From NCBI GenBank assembly GCA_037442105.1, contig JBBIQV010000026.1:1-44453 (forward strand): 44,453 nt of DNA. Direction: 5' to 3'. The translations under genes were made by a program, and so were the position numbers. This DNA is from Nitrospiraceae bacterium. GTDB lineage: Bacteria > Nitrospirota > Nitrospiria > Nitrospirales > Nitrospiraceae. The notes under the pieces were generated by a model. The model saw nothing but the letters and a program-made list of their open reading frames with translations, was not told the origin of the DNA and searched no databases. Below, piece after piece: positions 20,133 to 27,752 of the stretch; position 1 is the first letter of the stretch; each line of letters begins with the position of its first letter.

Positions 20133-22625
20133 TTACCGTTGCATGACAGTGTTATCGCGCACCGGGCATGGCGTTCCGGCCTCTGCCCATTTCTTAATGC
20201 TGTTTTTTATACTATCCGTATCTGAGCCGAGATCGAACGGACAAACAAGGTCCGAGCTGAATAGTCTCTGCATGAACTCTCGAATTACGGCAGGTCTCCC
20301 GGCTCCTCCGACTTTCACCATATAGCCAGAAATAGGCAACTTGGTTCTCTCATCGACGGTTTCTTGCTCTTCAATAACGAGCGGGGTCCTGTCACGATAG
20401 TCGAAAAGTATCATGCCGTTCTTGAATTCGTATCGTGGCCGTCCTTCCTTCTCTTGATCTTCTTCCAGGCTTTTCTCGAGCTGCTCCTTCCGCGCAATTT
20501 TCACAGTGATCTCAGCATCCGCCTGGTCCTTCATGATCTTAATCATGTCAGAGAGTTGGGTTTCGTCCTTCATGATCTGCTCGCTGAAGACAAACAACCT
20601 CTCGATCTTGACCTTGCGATCCCTTGCGGCATCCAGATTCGCCTCCTGGTACTCCCTAAACCGATCATTCTTTGTCCAAGGGAAAACGGCATAGTCGATC
20701 GCCCAGACCGTATCCCCTTCCTTGGTACTGCGGACGGCCCAGAGAAGTTGATCAAGCGCGGCTCGTTCGATGGCCTCGTCCAAACGCCGCCGCCCACTCA
20801 TACCGCGCAACTGCCCCCACAGTTCATCAAGCCGAGCTTTGAACGGGAGTTGATAGAGTCTTTCATCCCACCCTGTTGGCCAACAGAACTTCTTTTTGCT
20901 ATTAATAAAAACGTCTCGGCAGCCGGCTCTAAATTCTCGATCGAAGATCCTGACCAATTCCCTTTCTATCATCGGCACAGGCTCGCCCGCGGCTTCACCT
21001 GCACAGACTTGCTTCGCGTTAGTTTTGTCGATACACCGAAGCACCTCGTCTTTAGATCGTAACGACCCTCGAACCAGCCGTCTCGCAGCACCGACGAGCG
21101 TATCACGCTGTGCTTGCGTCAACGAGAGCGAGGTCCCGATGCTATTAATATCATTAAGGAGTTTCGCTTCGGCCTTGGAAGCAGAAAACAGTCCGGCAAT
21201 GTCGCCTTCCTCAGGCTGAACAACACGCGGCTCGTTTAACAGACCCTTGAAGCTCAGCTCCACGATGTTGATCCCGAACAGGGGGAAGAGTGCCTTGTAC
21301 AGAGAGAGCGAGAGCTCGGACCGTTGGGTCGTCAGGGAGTCAAAGCTTTGATTCAACGTCTCAACAAGGCTCCCCCCGCCCGTCGTCAATAGGGAGGGGA
21401 CTTCGGCGTTCACCACAATGATGATCATCTGCCGCCGCTCCCCCCCGCGCAGTCTCTTTTGCTTGAACAAATAGGGCATCAGGCCCTCGATGCTGAGATT
21501 TTCGTACACACCGCCATCAATGAGAGAGAGATGCTCACTATGCACACGATCGTCATAGAACTTGGAGCAAACCTTCGGAAGGAATTCTGGGCGGCTTGTC
21601 GGTTTGAGCCTATAGGGCTCGAAAATGCCGGGGAGCCCCGTGGTGGCAGCTAGCGCTGCGGCAATCGGGAAGCTTTCAAAATTCCGTCGGTCACGCCATT
21701 GGTCCATCGTTTGAGCCAGCAGGCACTCGATCGACACCCAATCAAATGTAAAGATTCGTTGGTTGTTCAAATCCGTCGCATGGATCAAAAGCTTCGATTC
21801 CTTCAGTGGCTTCGGCAAATTGTCGGCCTTCTTGCCAGATGTCAGCAAGGAATCATCATCCACAGAGAAGCGGTTATAGAGCGTTCGAATGTCTCCAAAC
21901 CGTTTGCCCCCAAGGAATCGTCCGCCCAGGATCGCTTGGTCATAAATGCGTTCCACTTCACGGATGTTCACCACGCCGGGAACCCCCTTCAACACGACAT
22001 ACCCGGTGAGCGAGGGGGTTGGATAACCCAAGAGTTGAAGAGGATAGGTGGCTACAGACACCGGAATGTCGAGCGCCGCGAGCAGGCCGCGCAAAGGAAA
22101 CGCCCAAGGCTCGAAAAACCAGTGTAGATTGCGGAGCAATTCGCTTTCGATATTTTTTCCGAGAATGGAGGGAAACTCGCGCCTGAGCTTGTCAACGCCA
22201 TACAGCGAGTAGTAGGCGGCGGGAAATGCCCCACCCGATGTCGCAGAGATGAAGTCAACATAATGGAGAAGTTTTCCATTAATGACCGCATCTTCAGGGC
22301 ATTTGGTCTTGGCATCGGCATCGGCTTTCGCATTCTCAGGTTCTGTGTCCCCAGCCAAATCATGATAGACAAACTTTAGTTTGTACTTCGGTTCCTCTTT
22401 CTTTGCCTTCTCATCCTTCCCTTCTTCATCTGGAATGAGGCACAAGTACACACGGTCAAGCTCTTGAATCACACCGTAGGAAAATGCTGCGGCTCTGAAC
22501 CCCCCACCTGACAGGGCCAACGCGATGAGCGGCCGCTGGTCGTCAGCAGTGGGCTCCGCTGAGCACAGCACGACAGGAATCACCATGCACATTCCTACGG
22601 TCGCAGCAACTACAGTAAGCTTCAT
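20133..22625 (-). CDS. Secreted patatin-like phospholipase with additional ~200-aa C-terminal domain
   Basis: Signal peptide MKLTVVAATVGMCMVIPVVLCSA, ALSGGGFRAAAF oxyanion loop, SATSGG nucleophile elbow and LIDGGVYEN catalytic Asp. ATG 22625 lies 7 nt after the upstream stop. Confidence 0.82.
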   Translation of the reverse strand: MKLTVVAATVGMCMVIPVVLCSAEPTADDQRPLIALALSGGGFRAAAFSYGVIQELDRVYLCLIPDEEGKDEKAKKEEPKYKLKFVYHDLAGDTEPENAKADADAKTKCPEDAVINGKLLHYVDFISATSGGAFPAAYYSLYGVDKLRREFPSILGKNIESELLRNLHWFFEPWAFPLRGLLAALDIPVSVATYPLQLLGYPTPSLTGYVVLKGVPGVVNIREVERIYDQAILGGRFLGGKRFGDIRTLYNRFSVDDDSLLTSGKKADNLPKPLKESKLLIHATDLNNQRIFTFDWVSIECLLAQTMDQWRDRRNFESFPIAAALAATTGLPGIFEPYRLKPTSRPEFLPKVCSKFYDDRVHSEHLSLIDGGVYENLSIEGLMPYLFKQKRLRGGERRQMIIIVVNAEVPSLLTTGGGSLVETLNQSFDSLTTQRSELSLSLYKALFPLFGINIVELSFKGLLNEPRVVQPEEGDIAGLFSASKAEAKLLNDINSIGTSLSLTQAQRDTLVGAARRLVRGSLRSKDEVLRCIDKTNAKQVCAGEAAGEPVPMIERELVRIFDREFRAGCRDVFINSKKKFCWPTGWDERLYQLPFKARLDELWGQLRGMSGRRRLDEAIERAALDQLLWAVRSTKEGDTVWAIDYAVFPWTKNDRFREYQEANLDAARDRKVKIERLFVFSEQIMKDETQLSDMIKIMKDQADAEITVKIARKEQLEKSLEEDQEKEGRPRYEFKNGMILFDYRDRTPLVIEEQETVDERTKLPISGYMVKVGGAGRPAVIREFMQRLFSSDLVCPFDLGSDTDSIKNSIKKWAEAGTPCPVRDNTVMQR

Positions 22626-22632
22626 GGCCGCG

Positions 22633-23202
22633 TCACCATTGGAACCCCACACCCAATCCAAAGAGAATGAACATTTGGTGTCGTCCAGGTCCTGTAAGGT
22701 TGTACCCGACTCCCACACTGACCAGGTCCCGCAAGAACCCGGCAACGATGGCCGGCTGAAGGATGAGATCGGGCGAATCTTCGGATTTGGCTATGAACAT
22801 CGTGGGAGCAATCGAAAACAGCGGAGACACCATCGGCTTCGGCTTGCCATCGGTCGGTTTGCCATCAGTAGATAACGTCTTCGCACGACATTCCTGCTTG
22901 ATCCGACGGATGTCTCCACGCGCATCCGGCACCTTTGCCAGTTCCGAATCCGGATAATACCGAAACGCAATGCCGGTCCCGAGCCCCGGCGCATTCAACG
23001 CTGCTTTCTTGGTAGACAAATTGTAACGGATCAATTGAGTCGTGACGTAAGACCCAACGGATATATTCGGCGAAATGTCACCACCCGCTAGCCCGCTGCG
23101 TTCATCCTCACTCTCTGCTACACAAGGATGACCTTCCGCAGACCACGCATTTGACGAAAACAGCAGCGTTACGATAACGCCCATGGTCATGAGCCTGTTC
23201 AT
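22633..23202 (-). CDS. Secreted hypothetical protein, probable small outer-membrane beta-strand protein
   Basis: Signal peptide (MNRLMTMGVIVTLLFSSNAWS), amphipathic strands (GIAFRYY, VSVGVGYNL) and C-terminal FILFGLGVGFQW beta-signal. GAAGGGG RBS before ATG 23202. Confidence 0.7.
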   Translation of the reverse strand: MNRLMTMGVIVTLLFSSNAWSAEGHPCVAESEDERSGLAGGDISPNISVGSYVTTQLIRYNLSTKKAALNAPGLGTGIAFRYYPDSELAKVPDARGDIRRIKQECRAKTLSTDGKPTDGKPKPMVSPLFSIAPTMFIAKSEDSPDLILQPAIVAGFLRDLVSVGVGYNLTGPGRHQMFILFGLGVGFQW

Positions 23203-23264
23203 AAAAATCCCCTTCGAATCGTCCATGCAGTCGCCCGGAACTGCGTGGAAGCTCGGCACATGGG

Positions 23265-24119
23265 TCACTTGAACAGATCCGTGTCCACGTACTCTGCCTT
23301 CACCAAGGTCCAGTAGTCCTCGGCCAGTCCGCTTTCCACGTAGCTGTACGGCAGCCAGCCGTAGCCCTTCTCGCCCCACTCGGTGCCCCAGGAGTTGCGG
23401 ATCAGCAGCGCGCCCTTGTCCTTGCCGATCTTCTTGCCGTCGTCATAGCCCACCGCCACGACCGCATGCCCGCCATCCATCCTGTCGCCGGGGCCGGGAT
23501 AGGGAATCTCCCCCTTGCCGTCGCCTGTGCCGGACATCGAGCTGTAGACGGAGAAGCCGAACATCACGGGGAGCTGCGCGGCCAGCGACTTCTTGATCTC
23601 ACTGAGAGCCTTGGTTGGTGCCGTTCCCGGCGGATCGAGGCGGTAGTATTTGACCGCTTGGTAGCTCTGCGCGAACGCATAGCAAAAGGAGGTCGGCTCG
23701 TCCTCGAACTTGGCGATGCGGTACGGCCAATACTTCTCCGGCGGCACGCCGAACAACACCATGGCCTTCATCGTGTCGCGGAGTTCGGCGCCGGTGTCGC
23801 CTTTCGCGCCCATGAGATTGCGCGTGACCTTGTAAAGAAACAGACGAGACGCGTCCAAGTGCTTGCCGAACGCCCGCCGCTCAAAATATTCGAAGAGGGC
23901 GACCCCCGCGTTGGCGGTGCATGAGCCCAACTCCCCCTGGTCCTCGATCGGGGAGCACCACGCACGGAGATCCGCCGATGGCGGCAGAACCTTGGCTACG
24001 GCTTTGAGCGGCCTTGACCTCACAAGCACTTCTTTGATCGTGTCGCTCTCCACGTTGAAATCGCGCACGTCCGGCAAATCCGGCCGCCACCCCATTCCCC
24101 GCCATCCCATTCCGTTCAT
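23265..24119 (-). CDS. Papain-family (C1A) cysteine protease, no signal peptide
   Basis: DQGELGSCTANA (Q/C), GGHAVVAVGY (H) and IRNSWG (N). AGGAGG RBS. Confidence 0.93.
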   Translation of the reverse strand: MNGMGWRGMGWRPDLPDVRDFNVESDTIKEVLVRSRPLKAVAKVLPPSADLRAWCSPIEDQGELGSCTANAGVALFEYFERRAFGKHLDASRLFLYKVTRNLMGAKGDTGAELRDTMKAMVLFGVPPEKYWPYRIAKFEDEPTSFCYAFAQSYQAVKYYRLDPPGTAPTKALSEIKKSLAAQLPVMFGFSVYSSMSGTGDGKGEIPYPGPGDRMDGGHAVVAVGYDDGKKIGKDKGALLIRNSWGTEWGEKGYGWLPYSYVESGLAEDYWTLVKAEYVDTDLFK

Positions 24120-24286
24120 CAGCCGCCTCCTTCCTGAAGAACATCACTTGGTCGGATAACCGGATCGTTGAATCTTCCAGAGACTGGAATGACTCTTATC
24201 CCCCTCAATCGCATGTTAATGTAGGAATCAAACTGTCTCCCATTTCTGAATAGTCATTTCCTACGAACCAGATCGGTCAGGCACTA

Positions 24287-25315
24287 TCACAGTTTTCGCA
24301 CCTTGATTGAGTACTTTCCTGTCCCACTTTGACGACTATAGTGACGCACCTGCGCAAAATACTCTCCAGCGATCAAGTCCGCGGCGATCCTGGCATTGGT
24401 ATCCAGGCCGGAGTCATCATCTTCTGCAATCAACGCGGTATCGCTGTTCGGTCCAAACAGCTTCATAACCACGTCCGTGGGGCCGAGCGTGTCGATGACA
24501 TATCGCCCATCCGACGGGGCGGTAAACCGATACAGATCTTCCTCTCCGATCTTCCCGATCGAAGCCTGCGTACGACGCTTGGCATTCACACGTAGCTCAA
24601 CAGCAGTGGCCGTCGTCCCTCCCGTCTTCGGATACATCTTGGCCCCGGCGACGAATGCTTTGTCCATCTGTGACAGCACATCGTTCGCCTTGGTCCCGAT
24701 GCCGTTGAGCGTCCAGGAGGCCGGGAAGAAATACAGCATGATGGAGTCCGGATCGAACGCAGTCCCATTTATCTGATCCGCGCTGTACTTCCGAAGGATG
24801 TTGTGGCGCGTGGTCGCTTCATCCCAGAAATTCGGCGACTTGGCCGCTTCCCGGATCACTACTTCCTCGTTCCATTGAATCCCTCCAGCGGGGTTTTGAT
24901 GCTCATGCGCCAATCCGATCGCATGACCAAACTCGTGCGCCGCCGTACCGCCATCCAGAAACCCCAGATTCATGGTCGGCTCGTCCAAGGGAATGCTTCG
25001 GCAGTCCGTGCCGACGTAGGACCATGCCCCATCATTGCGATCGAAAGCGACGCGAATTTCGGCGTTCAGAGCATCGTTAAAAGCGAATTTGAGGTTGGCG
25101 ACCTGGGCCCACCAATCAGCCTGCTCTCGTGCCACCTTCTGCTCGGTCGTAGTGCCTCCCATGAATCGGACTCTCAGCGTCGAGCCATTCATCCAGGTCT
25201 TCCCGATCGGAGCGATCGCACGCCTCCCTCCATCTCGCATTCGGCGGACCGGCTGAAAACGCATGAGATCACGAGGCAACACACGGTCAATGCACACCTT
25301 AGGGCGTTCGTCCAT
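24287..25315 (-). CDS. Astacin/M12A-like metzincin metalloprotease with C-terminal PPC domain, no signal peptide
   Basis: HEFGHAIGLAHEHQ zinc motif and SIMLY Met-turn. C-terminal EEDLYRF...DVVMKLFGP...AEDDDSG...L.AGEYFAQVRHY is PPC-like. Confidence 0.9.
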   Translation of the reverse strand: MDERPKVCIDRVLPRDLMRFQPVRRMRDGGRRAIAPIGKTWMNGSTLRVRFMGGTTTEQKVAREQADWWAQVANLKFAFNDALNAEIRVAFDRNDGAWSYVGTDCRSIPLDEPTMNLGFLDGGTAAHEFGHAIGLAHEHQNPAGGIQWNEEVVIREAAKSPNFWDEATTRHNILRKYSADQINGTAFDPDSIMLYFFPASWTLNGIGTKANDVLSQMDKAFVAGAKMYPKTGGTTATAVELRVNAKRRTQASIGKIGEEDLYRFTAPSDGRYVIDTLGPTDVVMKLFGPNSDTALIAEDDDSGLDTNARIAADLIAGEYFAQVRHYSRQSGTGKYSIKVRKL

Positions 25316-25412
25316 CTGTCACCTTCCTTTTCTATAGAGTGTTCGGGTTACATACCGTTCCCAGTAGCGGAGATGTAGAGCAAGTTTGTACCTCGACGAC
25401 CTCCTTGTCGGG

Positions 25413-25754
25413 CTAATGGCCGCGTCTTGCTCGTCTTTCGTCCTTCGCCCTGGGTTTTGGGCCTCGCATGAAACGCGCGATTTCTTTCAGGTGTTTTTGC
25501 TCGAGTCCGTAGAGGTGATCCTCGGCGGCAATTTTCTTCTCGCGCCGCGTCACCCATCCCATGAAGACCAGCTCATCAATAGCCGCTTGGACATCCTTCC
25601 GGCTCCACCGCTTTTCCTTCTTTGAGATCCACCAGTCTGCAATTCCGCTGATCGTATCCTTCGCTTCAGGATGTTCGATCCAGTAGCGAAGGATGCTGTT
25701 GACGATCCTCGGATCTGTCTTCAAAGAAAATGTCCGCTCATCGCGCCGCGGCAT
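25413..25754 (-). CDS. Small hypothetical protein, probable winged-helix fold
   Basis: ILRYWIEHPEAKDTISGIADWWI...VQAAIDELVFMGWVTRR...HLYGL helix-helix-wing pattern. ATG 25754 lies just downstream of a sigma-54 promoter motif. Confidence 0.7.
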   Translation of the reverse strand: MPRRDERTFSLKTDPRIVNSILRYWIEHPEAKDTISGIADWWISKKEKRWSRKDVQAAIDELVFMGWVTRREKKIAAEDHLYGLEQKHLKEIARFMRGPKPRAKDERRARRGH

Positions 25755-25784
25755 TGGACTTCTCGTTAGAAGGTGGTAAGCGTC

Positions 25785-25800
25785 AGCAAGCAATGTGCCC
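25785..25800 (-). promoter_or_regulatory. Sigma-54 (-24/-12) promoter of the hydrolase cassette
   Basis: Minus strand GGGCACATTGCTTGCT is GG-N10-GC and close to the TGGCAC-N5-TTGCW consensus. It sits 30 nt upstream of ATG 25754 and next to a bEBP gene. Confidence 0.75.
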
Positions 25801-25850
25801 CCTGACAGGTTGCAAATTCTTCGGTCAATCGCCGGCTTAGGTAGATCACA

Positions 25851-25972
25851 CTCCGGCCCTGCGGCAGAATTGCCGCAGGGCCGGAGCAGGCAATTGGACG
25901 ATTCTCATCGAAAGATTGAGCGATTAGTGGTGCGGCAAAGTCGATCCCGGTCCTGCGGCAGGCAGGCCGCAG
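25851..25972. promoter_or_regulatory. Palindromic sites, candidate upstream activator sequences (TGCGGCA-N4-TGCCGCA)
   Basis: Perfect 16-bp inverted repeat CTCCGGCCCTGCGGCA-gaat-TGCCGCAGGGCCGGAG (25851-25886). Second copy TGCGGCA-ggca-GGCCGCA (25954-25971) and half-site TGCGGCA (25931-25937). Confidence 0.55.
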
Positions 25973-26025
25973 AAGAGCGGTGCGCGATTATCCGCTACCG
26001 CGAGGGATGGCAGCGTGCTTGCGGG

Positions 26026-27429
26026 TTAAGGATTGACTTCGAACGTGCGGCGATCGAGGTGGTGTTTCTGAAGGAGCCGTTGGAATGACCGTCGCTCCTT
26101 GCCTGCTGTACGAGCCGCTTGCGACACATTCCCTTGGGCAATCGCCAGAAGCTTGGCGAGGTAGGACCGTTCAAATTCTCGAATGACCGAGTTTTTGGCC
26201 TCACGCAGCGACTCACTTGTGGTTACCAAGAACTCATCACCGGATGAGATCGCCAGACTCTCTGGTTGAATGGGAGGCTCTGTGGTAGTCAGCACCGCCC
26301 GCTGAATCACGCTCTCGAGCTCCCGAACATTCCCCGGCCATGGGTAGCTGAGCAATTTGCGCAGAGCGGCAGGTGTAAGTAAGGCTCCGGACATCTCATT
26401 GCGCACACCATGGATCTGGGCAAAATGCCGTGCAAGCAGCGGGAGATCTCCCAAGCGATCCCTCAGCGGCGGTATCTCCAGCGCAAGCACATGAAGCCGG
26501 TAGTACAGGTCCTCTCGGAATATCCGCTGCCGGACTTTTTCCTTCAGATCAGCGTTGGTCGCGACAATGACGCGTACGTCCGCCTTCTTGGTTCTGACCG
26601 ACCCCAAGGGGCGATACTGTTTATCCTGCAGGAATCTGAGCAATTTTGTCTGCCCTGTGAGGCTCAGCGTATCGATTTCGTCGAGGAACAGGGTACCTCC
26701 CTCTGCTTCTTCTATGAGTCCTGCCTGACGGGTAAAGGCATTGGTGAAGGCTCCGCGTTCATGCCCGAATAATTCGTTCTCGAAAAGCTGATCCGGCAAT
26801 GCGCCGCAATTCACCGGGATGAACGGTTTCCCTTGGCGCCTGCTGTGATAGTGAATCGCGCGCGCAAAGAGTTCTTTTCCTGTTCCGGTTTCTCCACCAA
26901 TCACCACCGTGGCGTCGGAGCCCGCCAGAAGAGGGATTTGCTCAACCTGCCGGAGAAACGCTTCGCTCTCGCCGATCAGTGATTCAACCCGGAAGGTTGC
27001 CAAGGCGATCTTGGTGCGGGCTGGTTCGAACGGTGCTCGGCTGCGCGTAATGAGGCGCCGCAAGCGAGGAATGAGGTCAGGCCCTGTGACAGGACAGGTG
27101 ACAAAGTCGTCCAGCCCAAGGTCCAACGCTTTCTGAATCACTTCGTGGCAGAGAGACCCGCAGAAGGCACCGATGAGAGGCGTCGCTTTCCATGAAGGGC
27201 TCGCGGCATGGAGGAATTCTTGTAACGGAAGCTCCCCCTCCCCGTGCAGGATCACCGCATCGGGAACCACCGTCTCATTCTTGATCTCCGTGAGCCGCTT
27301 CTTGGAAACGTCGAGCAAGGCCTTTTGCCCAGTACCAGTCCGGTTATCGAAGAGGCGCAGGCAAGCATCGGGCTGGGGAACGAACGGAAGCGTGTCGACA
27401 AACACAACTCGAAAAGGCTGCATGAGCAC
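26026..27429 (-). CDS. Sigma-54-dependent transcriptional activator (degenerate receiver + AAA+ + Fis-type HTH)
   Basis: GETGTGKE Walker A, ENELFGHERGAFTNA, LFLDEID Walker B, FREDLYYRL, WPGNVREL and C-terminal GNVSQAAR HTH. Start GTG 27429 or ATG 27423. Confidence 0.93.
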   Translation of the reverse strand: MLMQPFRVVFVDTLPFVPQPDACLRLFDNRTGTGQKALLDVSKKRLTEIKNETVVPDAVILHGEGELPLQEFLHAASPSWKATPLIGAFCGSLCHEVIQKALDLGLDDFVTCPVTGPDLIPRLRRLITRSRAPFEPARTKIALATFRVESLIGESEAFLRQVEQIPLLAGSDATVVIGGETGTGKELFARAIHYHSRRQGKPFIPVNCGALPDQLFENELFGHERGAFTNAFTRQAGLIEEAEGGTLFLDEIDTLSLTGQTKLLRFLQDKQYRPLGSVRTKKADVRVIVATNADLKEKVRQRIFREDLYYRLHVLALEIPPLRDRLGDLPLLARHFAQIHGVRNEMSGALLTPAALRKLLSYPWPGNVRELESVIQRAVLTTTEPPIQPESLAISSGDEFLVTTSESLREAKNSVIREFERSYLAKLLAIAQGNVSQAARTAGKERRSFQRLLQKHHLDRRTFEVNP

Positions 27430-27513
27430 AATCCGCTAACACGCGACAACCCTACAAGAGAGGCTCGCGTGCGGCATGAAGACTATTTCTCTATCGAACG
27501 TGTCGATAAGAAC

Positions 27514-27530
27514 TGCATCTGCCATACCAG
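27514..27530 (-). promoter_or_regulatory. Possible second sigma-54 promoter upstream of the activator gene
   Basis: Minus strand CTGGTATGGCAGATGCA is GG-N10-GC, a weaker match (ATGC at -12). Confidence 0.35.
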
Positions 27531-27752
27531 GATGTCCTCAAAGCGTGCTAAGTGTATAACGATGCGACATAAAGGTCTAGTGTAAAGGAAGGAGCTATAC
27601 TTAGGTGCGTCATCGTGCTAGAACCACGCTATGGCATGTATTGTTTCTGATACTCGGTGTATCCAAACAGATACCCCTTATTCTGATGTCGAATTAGAAC
27701 CGTGAAACCGTAGCGCCTGTCTACAGACCCGCTCATTGGCATTACACCTGAG

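Noticed and set aside
24120..24286. AT-rich spacer between the two proteases with short inverted words (GTAGGAA/TTCCTAC, AATGACT/AGTCATT)
   Set aside because: Matches are only 7 bp and form no clear terminator or promoter.
25380..25392. GGTACAAACTTGC on the minus strand upstream of the metalloprotease, resembling a sigma-54 promoter
   Set aside because: Spacing is GG-N9-GC, whereas sigma-54 requires N10.
16599..27429. Cassette as a prophage remnant
   Set aside because: Apart from the amidase there is no integrase, capsid, tail, terminase, tRNA or visible att repeat.
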